Shown here piece after piece: positions 46,416 to 56,572 of a stretch of 64,000 nucleotides of DNA. This stretch comes from Candidatus Latescibacterota bacterium (GTDB lineage: Bacteria > Latescibacterota > UBA2968 > UBA8231): positions 3,136,001 through 3,200,000 of the forward strand of contig OZ244561.1 in assembly GCA_965217585.1 (NCBI GenBank), written 5' to 3'. Within the stretch, counting starts at the first letter, position 1, and the number at the start of each line of letters is the position of its first letter. The notes beneath the pieces are model-generated. The model saw only the letters and a list, made by a program, of their open reading frames with translations, searched no databases and was not told where the DNA came from. A program made the translations under genes and the position numbers.

Positions 46416-47534
46416 ATGGACCGCCGGACCTTTCTCGGGTTGGGTTTAAGCGCGGCTGTGTGGCCTGCGTTGGGCCGCGCCTCGCCCGTGCGGCCGGAGC
46501 GGGCGCGCCTGCGCGAGTTGGGCATTGTAATTGGCGAGTTGGCGACCGGCACCCATAACGCCATCACCGATGTCGAGGGCGTACAGGTCGGCCATGTGAC
46601 GCTGATTGAGGATGGGGGTCCGGTGCGCACCGGCGTGACGGCGATTGTGCCGCGCACGCCCGCGTTTGCCGCGGATTTTACGCTCAACGGCAACGGCGAG
46701 CTGATGGGGGTAGGCTCTATGCGCCGCACGGGCCTATTGGCCGGCCCAGTCCTTTTTACCAACACGTCCAGCGTCGGCGCGGTGTACGATGGGGCGGTGG
46801 AGTGGATGCTGGCGCGCGATCCCGACCTGTTCAAAAGCGATTTACAACCCGCGCCCATAGTCGGCGAGACGTGGGCTGCGTTTCTCCACGATGAGTCTGG
46901 GCGGCACGTGCAGCCCGCACACGCGGCTGCGGCCCTCGACGCGGCGCGCAGCGGGCCGGTAGCCGAAGGCTGCGTTGGCGGCGGGACCGGGATGCGGGCC
47001 TATAGCTTTAAGGCCGGTATTGGCACGGCGTCGCGCAAAATCCCCTGCGGCGATCAGCTCTATACCGTGGGCGTGTTGGTGCAGGCGAATTTTGGCCGGC
47101 GGCCCCAGTTGCGCGTTGATGGCGTCCCGGTGGGCCGGGAGATCACCGACCTAATGCCTGCGCGCGGCGGCAAGAGCAAGTCCATGATCGCGGCGGTGGC
47201 TACAGACGCGCCATTGCTCCCAAGCCAGCTCCAGCGCGTGTGCAAGCGAGTGGCTTTGGGTATGGCGCGCACGGGGGCGATTTCTACCCACGGCAGCGGC
47301 GATCTCTTGCTGGCTTTTTCTACGGCTTCTCCCGAGCCGTCGGATGAGCTCGCGATGCTGGCCGACCGTTGGATTTCGAGCCTGTTCCAAGGCGTAGTCG
47401 AGGCCACGGAGGAAGCCATTCTCAACGCGCTGACTACGGCTCACACCATGACCGGCCGCGCTGGCAATACCATTCACGCCCTGCCGCTGGACCGCTTGGT
47501 CGAGATTATGCGCGCACACGGCCGACTCAAATGA
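46416..47534 (+). CDS. P1/S58 peptidase (DmpA-like) with Tat signal
   Basis: 'DRRTFL' twin-arginine motif; 'NAITDV.GV.VGH', 'EG.VGGGTGM', 'FK.GIGTASR', 'ATDAPL', 'GSGD'. Confidence 0.88.
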   Translation: MDRRTFLGLGLSAAVWPALGRASPVRPERARLRELGIVIGELATGTHNAITDVEGVQVGHVTLIEDGGPVRTGVTAIVPRTPAFAADFTLNGNGELMGVGSMRRTGLLAGPVLFTNTSSVGAVYDGAVEWMLARDPDLFKSDLQPAPIVGETWAAFLHDESGRHVQPAHAAAALDAARSGPVAEGCVGGGTGMRAYSFKAGIGTASRKIPCGDQLYTVGVLVQANFGRRPQLRVDGVPVGREITDLMPARGGKSKSMIAAVATDAPLLPSQLQRVCKRVALGMARTGAISTHGSGDLLLAFSTASPEPSDELAMLADRWISSLFQGVVEATEEAILNALTTAHTMTGRAGNTIHALPLDRLVEIMRAHGRLK

Positions 47535-48514
47535 ATCGCTCGTGCCCAGCGGGCGATGCGGCGGGACCGCACAACGCCATTGTCGATGTGGCCGGAGTCA
47601 GCGTGGGCCACGTGGACATCCGCACATCCGACCTGCACACCGGCCTTACCGCCGTCGTTCCGTATCCGGCCGCAGTGGCCGAGCGCAAGCTGTTTATCGG
47701 TCGCTTCTCGATAGACGGCGGCGACGCTATGAGCGGCCTTGGGGTCGCCGAAGACTTCGGCACCTTTTCCTCGCCCATTGTCCTTGCCCCAACCCCGGTC
47801 GTCGGCCGGGTGTACGAATCCTTAATTCGCCACAGCTTGGGCCGCGACACCGGGCTATCGACCGTGGCCGGCTGGCCGCCGGTGGTCGTGGGGATCGACG
47901 ACACGGCTGTCAACGACCCTGTGCTCGTCCGCAAGGTCCTGACACACGCCCATGCAGACGAGGCGTTGACCAGCGCTGGCAGCGCGGTGCCTAGAGGTAA
48001 TGCCGGAGTCGGTGGCGGGTTGCAAGCCTTTGGCTACAAGGGCGGCATTGGCACGGCCTCGCGCCGGGCTGGCGAATATGCGCTGGGGCTGCTGATAGCG
48101 GTCAATGGGGGACGCGAGCTGCGCTTGGCTGATCGCGTCCTGCCGGCGGGCGAGGGGGCCGGGGGGCCGCAGACTTTTGCGGCGGTCGTGGCGACGGACG
48201 CGCCCCTAATCCCGCGTCAATTAGAGCGTTTGGCTGGTCGCGCCGCGCTAGGGCTGGCGCGGACGGGCTTGTGGAACCCGCATACGCGCGAGGGCCTCGT
48301 CCTCGCCTTTTCCACCACGGGCCTCGTCCAAGAGGAACCCCAAAGCCCGGTCGCACCTGTGCGGATGGTGGGCGAAGAAAGGCTCTACCCGCTCTTTGCC
48401 GCTGCTGCTGGGGCCGCCGAGGGTGCGGTAGTCGATGCTCTTTTGGCCGCCGAGACGGTCGGGGATCTCAAAGCCATGCCGCCGATCGGCTGGCCGGAAG
48501 GGGAAGACGATTGA
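47531..48514 (+). CDS. Degenerate P1/S58 peptidase (DmpA-like)
   Basis: 'NAIVDVAGV.VGH', 'KGGIGTASR', 'ATDAPL'; GSGD motif absent. Confidence 0.78.
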   Translation: MNRSCPAGDAAGPHNAIVDVAGVSVGHVDIRTSDLHTGLTAVVPYPAAVAERKLFIGRFSIDGGDAMSGLGVAEDFGTFSSPIVLAPTPVVGRVYESLIRHSLGRDTGLSTVAGWPPVVVGIDDTAVNDPVLVRKVLTHAHADEALTSAGSAVPRGNAGVGGGLQAFGYKGGIGTASRRAGEYALGLLIAVNGGRELRLADRVLPAGEGAGGPQTFAAVVATDAPLIPRQLERLAGRAALGLARTGLWNPHTREGLVLAFSTTGLVQEEPQSPVAPVRMVGEERLYPLFAAAAGAAEGAVVDALLAAETVGDLKAMPPIGWPEGEDD

Positions 48515-49638
48515 GCCGCAGCCTGCTCGACGATCAGGACGCGCTCAGCGCCTTCCGCGCTCGGCTCTTGGCTTGGTATCGCCAAAACAAGCGGCAGACG
48601 AGTTGGCGCGACAGCGACAATCCCTATCACGTCTGGGTATCCGAGGTCATGTTGCAACAGACCCGGGTGGATCAGATGGCCCCGTATTTCGAGCGATTTA
48701 TCCGCGCATTTCCCACGCTTCAATCGCTGGCCGCTGCTTCCGAGGACCAAGTGCTCAAGGTCTGGGAGGGCTTGGGCTATTATGCGCGGGCGCGCAACAT
48801 GCACAAGGCGGCCAAGCGCATGGCCTTTGAGTTGGGAGGCCGCATACCGGATACGTACCAAGAGCTGATCGAACTGCCTGGGGTTGGCCAATACACGGCC
48901 GCGGCCGTCAGCAGCATTGCCTTCGACCGCGATCACCCGGTGCTCGATGGCAATGTAACCCGCGTGCTCTGCCGCTTGTTGCGGATTGAGGAAGAGCCGG
49001 CCCGCGCCCAAGTCAAGGCGCGGCTCATCGCCGCTGGAGAGGTCCTGTTGGCTCGGGGCGAGGCCGGCGACTTCAATCAGGCGATGATGGAGTTAGGGTC
49101 GAGGGTCTGCACGCCGCAAAGTCCTTCCTGTCCGACGTGTCCGGTCGGCGGCTGGTGTCGGGCCAAGGCCGAGCTGGACGACCCGGCCTCCCTGCCGCGC
49201 AAAGCCCCGAAGAAACAGAAGCCGCATTATCACGTGGCGGCTGGCTTGATTCGCAAGGGCGACGAGTTGCTAATCGCCCAGCGGCCGGCCGGGGGGATGC
49301 TCGGCGGTCTGTGGGAGTTTCCCGGGGGCAAGCAGGAGTCCGGCGAGACCCTGCCCGAATGCTTGATGCGCGAGATCCGCGAAGAATTGGACATTGAGAT
49401 CGAGGTGGGTGAGCGGCTGACGAGCGTAGATCACGCCTATTCGCACTTCAGCATCACCTTACACGCGTTTGCCGCCCGCTATGTGTGCGGCACCCCCCAA
49501 GCGCTGGGTTGCGCTGCTTGGCGCTGGATCACGCCGGAGGCCTTGGATGACTTCGCCCTGCCGCGGGCCGATCGCTTGATCGTGGAGTTCATGCGCGAAC
49601 ACGCGCAGCAGATGGAGCTGTTTGGTGAAAAAAAATGA
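48511..49638 (+). CDS. mutY: A/G-specific adenine glycosylase with C-terminal NUDIX domain
   Basis: 'VSEVMLQQT', 'GLGYY.RARN', 'LPGVG.YTA', Fe-S Cys motif, 'WEFPGG.....E....L.RE..EE'. Confidence 0.93.
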   Translation: MSRSLLDDQDALSAFRARLLAWYRQNKRQTSWRDSDNPYHVWVSEVMLQQTRVDQMAPYFERFIRAFPTLQSLAAASEDQVLKVWEGLGYYARARNMHKAAKRMAFELGGRIPDTYQELIELPGVGQYTAAAVSSIAFDRDHPVLDGNVTRVLCRLLRIEEEPARAQVKARLIAAGEVLLARGEAGDFNQAMMELGSRVCTPQSPSCPTCPVGGWCRAKAELDDPASLPRKAPKKQKPHYHVAAGLIRKGDELLIAQRPAGGMLGGLWEFPGGKQESGETLPECLMREIREELDIEIEVGERLTSVDHAYSHFSITLHAFAARYVCGTPQALGCAAWRWITPEALDDFALPRADRLIVEFMREHAQQMELFGEKK

Positions 49639-50524
49639 ATTGCTAGCCGAGGGCAGACGCCGTGCACCTGGGCTGGTTTTGCGCGGGCTGTGCATGGGCG
49701 CGGCCGATGTGATTCCCGGGGTTTCCGGAGGGACGATTGCCTTGGTCACGGGCATTTACGACGAACTAGTCGGGACTATTGCCGCAGTCGATCAACGGCT
49801 CGTGGGTGCCTTGGTGCGGGGACGCTTGATCGAGGTGTTGCATCGAGTCAATGCCCCCTTTCTGGTGCCGCTGCTGTGCGGCGTGGGCTTGGCTATTTTC
49901 TCGCTGGCCAAGTTCATAACCTCGCTGCTGGCAACGCATCCCCAGCCTGTGTGGGGCTTTTTCACGGGGTTGATCTTGGCTAGCGCGCTCGTGGTCGCTC
50001 GGCAGGTCGCCGGATGGGGGCTGGCGCAGTGGGGGCTGACGGCTCTCGGTGCCGTGATTGGCTACGCCATCACCACGTTGGTGCCGGTCGAGACCGGTGC
50101 CGAGGGCTACAAGTTCGCGCTGGCCGGCATGGTGGCTATCTGCGCGATGATTCTGCCGGGAATCAGCGGCTCGTTTCTGCTGGTGGTCATGGGCAAATAC
50201 CAGCAGGTTTTGACCGCGGTACACGAGTTCGATTGGGCGATCTTGGCTCTTTTTGGCGTTGGGGCGGTTGTTGGTCTGCTGGGCTTCTCGCGGCTACTCA
50301 AGCATTTGCTGAGCCGCTTTCGCGCTGGTACCATGGCCTTGTTGGTGGGATTGATGTTGGGTTCCCTGCGCAAGGTGTGGCCGTTCCGCAACGCGCTGGA
50401 GGAAGGGCGCTACGAATGCGCGTGGCCGCAGGAGTTTAGCGGCGAGGTTTGGCTGAGCTTGGGGCTAATTGCGGTGGGAACTGTGCTGGTCTTGGCGTTG
50501 GAGCGGCTGGGTAGAAGGCGGTGA
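49622..50524 (+). CDS. DUF368 membrane protein
   Basis: 'MGAADVIPGVSGGT.A..TGIY' and 'AMILPGISGS' repeats, 'KVWP'. Confidence 0.9.
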   Translation: MVKKNELLAEGRRRAPGLVLRGLCMGAADVIPGVSGGTIALVTGIYDELVGTIAAVDQRLVGALVRGRLIEVLHRVNAPFLVPLLCGVGLAIFSLAKFITSLLATHPQPVWGFFTGLILASALVVARQVAGWGLAQWGLTALGAVIGYAITTLVPVETGAEGYKFALAGMVAICAMILPGISGSFLLVVMGKYQQVLTAVHEFDWAILALFGVGAVVGLLGFSRLLKHLLSRFRAGTMALLVGLMLGSLRKVWPFRNALEEGRYECAWPQEFSGEVWLSLGLIAVGTVLVLALERLGRRR

Positions 50525-50665
50525 AACGCTTTCATCTAGCCATCAACTATTGCCGGATGAATGGCTTGTATGCACTCGGCGATCAGATCGCCGATCAGCG
50601 CGGCTTGGGGTGAGTCGGCTTGACATAGTGGACGACATGGGCATTATCGGGAAGGTCGTTTTCGT

Positions 50666-51050
50666 TCATGTGCCCATCAGCGATGTGAGATCGAAAGCAT
50701 CAATCTGTCTTTTCACCCCATCAAGCGTGTCGCGGCCGGCCACTCGCGCAACATCTATGGTGCTTAGACGGCGTTTGAAAATGACATATTCCACACCATT
50801 GGTTGCCAAGAAACTGAATTCCAAGGTGACTCTCATCATCGCCTTTCCAAACGGCACGTAGATTTCCATTGTCCACAAGTACCAGCCCTGCTTTTTGTGC
50901 GAAGGGTACTGACCTGATATACTGCCAAAAATCTTTTTCGGACGCCTCGTTCAATACAAAGCCATCGTCCTCGGCGTCGCTGCGCAGTACTTCAATCCGG
51001 CGCGAATAGTCTTTGTGGATTTTTCGCGGGTTTTCTTGTGTGACCGACAT
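50666..51050 (-). pseudogene. Frameshifted hypothetical protein
   Basis: ORF 50721-51050 appears to continue in frame 50666-50878 ('GIQFLG' then 'VEYVIFKRR'). Confidence 0.45.
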
Positions 51051-51071
51051 TTGTATCCTCTGCTGTTTAAC

Positions 51072-52245
51072 GGCTTTGTTGCATGAAAGGCGGGTGTATG
51101 TGTTGGCTGCTTGGGTATTTGGTTTACGCTTTTTTGCTTATCGGATAAGACTCGGGTTTAGCGATCTGTAGCATCCGGTTGAGCAGGGCACCGCCCAACC
51201 GCGTTTCGGTCTGTTGGTTGGGTAGGATTCGGGCGCGCAAGGTGTCGCCCAGAATCTGTTTATAGCGGCTCATCTGGGTTTCGGCGATGGAGCGGCGATG
51301 ATAGCCGCTGTCGTTTTTCCACGCTCGCCGGCCCCGTTTTCGGATGACTCGAATCGTCTCATCGCGGGGCAACGGCTCGGCTTTTGTGTTGCCATGTTGC
51401 TCTATCTTGGCGTTTTTGCGCGGCGGAATGATCGGTCGAATGGGCGGTCCCTGTTCGGGCGCGGCCAACGCCTCGAAGACCTTGCGCGTATCATAGGCTC
51501 CATCACCGCCCAATGCCTCGATAGAGGCTTGGACTTGCGCTAGCAGGGGCTCAACCTGCCCCGCATCATCTTGGCTTGGGGTCGTCAAGGTCTGCGCGAC
51601 GATCTGGCCGGTGGCTTCATGGATCCCCAAGTGCAGCTTGCGCCAGGTAGGTCGCTTGTTCCAGCCGTGCTGACGCACCCTCCACTCCCCTTCACCAGAG
51701 ACCTTCAACCCGGTCGAATCCACCACCAAATGGATCGGCTCGGTCGGCTGTTGGGGGAACCAATCCACCGCCAAACCCGCTTGACGCCGGGACCAGGTCG
51801 AGTGATCTGGCACCGCCAAGTCTACCCCCATCAGACGCATAAGGGACGCGACAAAGCCTTCGGTTTGGCGCAGCGGCAAATGATAGATCATCCGCAGGGT
51901 CAACACCGTTGGGATGGCCCCATCCGAAAAAGTGTATTGGGCCCCCGCTGTTTAGGGCCTTGGTAATACCATACGCGGGTCAGGTCGGCGGGAAACCACA
52001 CCGTCAGACTCCCACGCTGTTTAAGCCCCGCGTCGTAGGCCGGCCAATTCCGCACGCGATACCCTCCCTTGGAGCGACGGCGACGGGGCTTGACCGAGGA
52101 GGAGCGAGACGATACCTTGGGCATGACAGGTTCCTTGGAAGAAAAGGCGTGGATTTTTTGGCGAAAAGGTCCTGCCCAAGCTACTAAGGAACCTGTCTTG
52201 GTTCAACCGAGACGCTAAAAAATCGACGATTCATGCACCAAAGCC
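51072..52245 (-). mobile_element. IS5-family (IS903-like) insertion sequence with frameshifted transposase (51124-52124)
   Basis: Imperfect TIRs GGCTTTG(T/G)TGCATGAA; 'Y...NW..Y..GL..RGSLT.W', 'DSTG.K..GEGEW', 'DGAYD', 'Y..RS..ET'; frameshift near 51930; no target duplication. Confidence 0.88.
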
Positions 52246-53043
52246 CTCTTTTGGCAGTACTCAGGCACGACTCGGAATTTGCCTTAGGACAGTTTCTTAG
52301 GCTCGTCGAATCTCGGGATAGCCAACCTAGTGATGATCGCTTACTGGCAACACCGGATGTGCAGCGTTTCATTCGTTATGGGCTATACGAGCATTTCGAG
52401 GATCTTCAAATCGTCGTTGAGAAGATGCTACGGTCAAACTTTCCTAAAACGAGTCAGAGTGGTGCTCGGTTGGCGAGCATTGCTTTGCTTCTTCAGTACG
52501 ATAATGCCGAAGATCTTGTAGAAGAAGCGCTTCGTGGTAACTCCTCACAAAGGCTAGGAGTGGCTCAAGTAGCGTCTGGCAATATTGGCGAGGAGGCGTG
52601 ACAGGCAATGGTCAGAGAAAAAACTTCTACTACTTTTTGATGACGATGATAGTGAGGTTCGCCAAGAAGCCGCAGCATGTTTCCGAAACTTGGAAGAACA
52701 ATCTCTGGAATCTTACGAAAATCTGATAACCAGATTCTGCTATAGCGCAGCCTACCAAGAAGACTCGTTTTCCTTAATTTATGTGCTTGAGAAATCTTCG
52801 TATAGGCTACCCGGCATTACGTGTTTTGTATGCAAAAAATTTCTCGAACGGTTTAGCGAGGAGGCGAATGATATGCGTACTAATCGGGCAGGGGATATTT
52901 CGAGTGTGTCAAAGTTAATTTTACGAACGTATCATCAACACCAACGTGATAAATGGGCAGCTAAATGCCTCGATCTAATAGACCAGATGTGTCTTGAAAA
53001 AAGTTACGCTATTCGCACAGATCTGAATGAATACGAACGGTGA
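52246..53043 (+). pseudogene. C-terminal remnant of a large alpha-helical (HEAT-like) protein, cut by IS5 and frameshifted
   Basis: AT-richer ORFs 52233-52601 and 52585-53043 read as one helical protein ('LFDDDD.EVR..AA.CF'); begins at the IS end. Confidence 0.5.
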
Positions 53044-53061
53044 GATATATAGGAGATTAAA

Positions 53062-53700
53062 ATGTACGACGAATGGAAGCCCATCTACTCGGCTTTAGTT
53101 ACCGACATCATGGACCAACTCGGCTACCGCGATCAAGCCATGACCCCTGATATCCGGCCTAGCCGCCCCGACGCCTCTATCGCCGGTCCGGCGCTCACTA
53201 TCGACGCGTACGCCGATACCAGCCCCGACCCCGATCCCTACGGCCAAATTTTTGCCGCCTACGATCAAGCTAGCCCCGGCGACGTTTTCGTCATTGCCAC
53301 CAACGGCGAAGAGCGTTCCGGCCTCTGGGGCGAGCTTCTCTCCACGGCGGCCCAAGCTCGCGGCGTCGAATCCGTGCTCACCGACGGCTTGGTCCGCGAT
53401 GTGCGCCAGATGAACGCCATGGGCTACCACTGCTTCTGCAAAGGCTATTCGCCGCTCGACTCGGCGGGCCGCATCCTCGCCAAGACGATCAACCAACCGA
53501 TCACCTGCGGCGGCGTGCAGGTTCACCCCGGCGATTTTATTCTAGCCGACTACGATGGTGTGGCGGTGATTCCGGCGGCGATCAAAGGCGAAGTCCACAA
53601 AAAGGCCATGGAAAAGCTCGCCGGGGAAAACGTCGTGCGCGATGAATTGGCTGCGGGGCAGTCGCCGAGGGAGGTCTTTGATCGCTATGGGATACTGTGA
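53062..53700 (+). CDS. RraA/HMG aldolase family protein
   Basis: 'G.A.T', 'WGEL...A..RG', 'DG.VRD', 'V.PGD.I.AD.DGV'. Confidence 0.88.
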   Translation: MYDEWKPIYSALVTDIMDQLGYRDQAMTPDIRPSRPDASIAGPALTIDAYADTSPDPDPYGQIFAAYDQASPGDVFVIATNGEERSGLWGELLSTAAQARGVESVLTDGLVRDVRQMNAMGYHCFCKGYSPLDSAGRILAKTINQPITCGGVQVHPGDFILADYDGVAVIPAAIKGEVHKKAMEKLAGENVVRDELAAGQSPREVFDRYGIL

Positions 53701-53831
53701 TTGTTGGACGCTCATAGACGACTATGTAATTCAGTTTCATCTAACAACACTTGATTCGCTTGGGTCTGTTCAGTATCGTAACTTTTAAACGGGTCAAGTC
53801 ATATTCGCAGCCTTAAATGAAGGAGAGACCT

Positions 53832-54023
53832 GTGCCCACGCGTTTTACAGCCGTAATAACCAAGAGCGAAGATTTGCCTTTATTCGTCGCTCGTTGCCCC
53901 CAGGTAGGCACGGCTAGCCAAGGAAAGACTGAGGAGGAAGCATTGAAAAACCTCAAAGAGGCTACCGAGCTGTACTTGGAAGAAGTCACAGACTCTTCAC
54001 ACCAGACTCTTCACCTTGCCTAG
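53832..54023 (+). CDS. hicB: HicB-family antitoxin (short)
   Basis: 'SQG.T.EEAL.NL.EA.ELYLE'; GTG after AGGAG RBS. Confidence 0.85.
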   Translation: MPTRFTAVITKSEDLPLFVARCPQVGTASQGKTEEEALKNLKEATELYLEEVTDSSHQTLHLA

Positions 54024-54249
54024 CCTTCCCTCTGGAATCTCAGCTAGAAAAGCCCAGCGTGCTCTTGAGCGCTTGGGCTTTTATTTTGTCCGGCAGAAGG
54101 GCAGCCATATTGTACTTAAGCGGCCACATCCCACAGGTGCGGAGGATGTAATCGTTCTTCCCAACCATAAGGAAATTGATAAATGGACGCTAGGGGATAG
54201 CCTAAAATTGGGAAATGTCGGCATAGACGAGTTTTTAGAGTCACTCTGA
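54016..54249 (+). CDS. hicA: HicA-family toxin
   Basis: 'L.RLGF...RQKGSH..L', 'P.H.EI...TL'. Confidence 0.88.
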   Translation: MPSLPSGISARKAQRALERLGFYFVRQKGSHIVLKRPHPTGAEDVIVLPNHKEIDKWTLGDSLKLGNVGIDEFLESL

Positions 54250-54259
54250 CCAAGTAATA

Positions 54260-54505
54260 ATGGATTACATGGAAATGGAAGCTGGTTTACCACTGGAAGC
54301 AGGCGGCCCCTTTATGCTCGTCGTTCTCATTCTCAAGGCAATCGAACGGCTCTGGCGCTCGGGCGACGATTACGACGACGATAAGCATCGCTACTATATG
54401 AAGGATCCTCGTTATAGGAAAGAGTGGATCGAGAGGGAGGGGCACAAGCGGCGTGCGGATTTTATACGGCTAAGCGATTCGTGGCAGAAATACGAGCGAA
54501 ACTAA
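54260..54505 (+). CDS. Small hypothetical protein
   Basis: 81-aa ORF with a short hydrophobic stretch and charged tail; no motif recognised. Confidence 0.35.
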   Translation: MDYMEMEAGLPLEAGGPFMLVVLILKAIERLWRSGDDYDDDKHRYYMKDPRYRKEWIEREGHKRRADFIRLSDSWQKYERN

Positions 54506-54695
54506 TGATAATACACCCCGACTAGGGGGTTCTCTCTCTGGTAGCGGTCGTTATCGCGGTATTCCACGCGCGCGTTGGGCTTCACCAGTTCCACCACCAT
54601 CAGTCTCGCATCGGCTCCGCCGGCGTCTTGTGGGGTTTCGACGGATTAACTACAGTAAGATTGAGCCGACACACCCCGCCGAGGCAGGCAAGCAA

Positions 54696-54782
54696 ATGAT
54701 CGCATTTTTAATCTCACTCCTGCTCGATCTACCATTCGCAATTTTCCATTATCGCAAACGCAAGCGCAAGCGTAAGCAGTAG
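54696..54782 (+). CDS. Putative 28-aa hydrophobic/polybasic peptide (type I toxin-like)
   Basis: Hand translation MIAFLISLLLDLPFAIFHYRKRKRKRKQ*; paralogous unit follows. Confidence 0.5.
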   Translation: MIAFLISLLLDLPFAIFHYRKRKRKRKQ

Positions 54783-54829
54783 CGTCGATCACATCGACGT
54801 GAGCCCACACACCTCGCCGAGCGCAGCAA

Positions 54830-54925
54830 ATGATCTTACTGGAACTCCTGATCGAGCTACTGGCCCCACTGCTAGGAGCGATAGACGACTTTCGCGCACA
54901 AAGGCGCAAGCGCAAGAAGCGGTAG
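54830..54925 (+). CDS. Putative 31-aa hydrophobic/polybasic peptide (Fst/Ldr-like)
   Basis: Hand translation MILLELLIELLAPLLGAIDDFRAQRRKRKKR*; shares upstream leader with the previous unit. Confidence 0.5.
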   Translation: MILLELLIELLAPLLGAIDDFRAQRRKRKKR

Positions 54926-54943
54926 CGTCGACGGCATCGGCTT

Positions 54944-55159
54944 CGCCGGCGTCCGGGTTTGACTACCGATAAACCCAAGTATTGCTCCATAATTCACTCC
55001 TAGCGATCCTATACCCCATCCAGCGCCTGCGCAAAATCCGCGCACAAATCCTCGGCGGCCTCAATGCCGCACGCCACTCGCACCAAGCCGTCGGCTATGC
55101 CCATGGTCGCCCGCTCTTCTCGGCTCAAGCCGCTGTGCGACGTGGTGACGGGCCGAGTG
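54944..55159 (-). repeat. Diverged duplicate of the 3' end and downstream region of the PLP transsulfuration gene
   Basis: Matches 58257-58484 ('RPVTTSHSGL.REERA.MGIADGLVRVACGIEAAEDLCADFAQAL'). Confidence 0.9.
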
Positions 55160-56572
55160 CGGAACGGTACCCCGCAGCTCCACACCCTTCCCCCGATGAT
55201 CCGCAAGGCGGAAAAGACGCCGCCTTGCTCTAGCCCGCGAGACAACCGACCACACCACCAACACCCCCGACCGTCTTGCTCCCGATTGCTCGTCTCACGT
55301 CTTGGCCGCTTGCCCCCCAAGACTTTGACCCACGCGGAACCCATGCAGGAGAATTGAGAGCGCCAAAGCCCGCAGGAGAGGACGGAGCAGGCCCCCACAG
55401 ACCCGCCCAAGTGTGAGACTGCAATCGAAAAGACCCCAAAGACGAGAAAAATAGCTTACGGCCCCGCAAGGCCGACGCCGCACCATTCTGGATGATCGAC
55501 GGTAGACTTGCCTGCTGATTCTTCCGAGGGGATATAGATATAATCATCATACATATAAGCCTCTAAATCTTGCTCAGTTTCACCAGGAAATGGACATAAA
55601 TGGAAATTATTGGTCCGTTCTCTAATCCAACAACTAGGCAATCCTTTTTCAGGATTATAAGTCGGGAGTCTTTCTAATCCAGATTCATATTTAACATTCC
55701 ATCCTATATCCTCAAAAACACCTAATGTTGTTCGGGAAATATTAGGCAGGCCATTATCGTGCAGCCAATAGGTCGTAAAAAACCCCCACTTCATTGGCGA
55801 AAATAACAGCCAATGATATGCCGCCCTCGGTTTTACAAGTGATTGAGGTTCTAGAGGGATGCCTTTGTGTATTTCGGTATGATCTGGTGCCATTAAGTGG
55901 TATTGTCGGACTCCATTTGGACCAGTATACCATACAGTAAAATTATCATCCCATTCTATATGTCTATTCCATACAGGGGAAACGCCAATGCCGAAGACGT
56001 GCCCTAACTCATGGTGAAATACCTTTCTCCATGTGTCCTCTATTTTAATGTCTATCCACTCTGAATCCCAATTTTCAATAATACTGCTTTCTATATCCTC
56101 TCCATTTATACGTATGGTTCCAATAAGTGGAATATCTCCACCCGGTCTAAAAAGTGAGGCTCCTCCTAATCCCCAAGGGGATACATCCCAAACCGCGTCT
56201 TTATAATTGCCCGTTTCTTCGGTCAATTTATCTACATAGAGAAGAAAATCATCAATTCTTCTGCCTTCTTGGAACCTTATCCTACGTCCCTGATGGATTT
56301 GCACCGTCGTCGTTACATCAAAGACATAGTCGTCCATTCCGCCAAAAAAATGTTCCCATTGGGATACGATCTCTCGTATCCATTCCTCTTTGTCTGGATC
56401 AAATGAATCCAAAAAGATCAGCTCAATATTGAAGCTATGATCGGCCCACGTGGTAAAATTTTCTTCTGCAAAGACCCAATCTGACGGCCCATCGCTATTT
56501 TCGGCCCGGACAGCCCATCGGTATTCCGTGCTCGGCTCAAGGTCATAGATGGTATTGTACAGCCTAGTGCCC

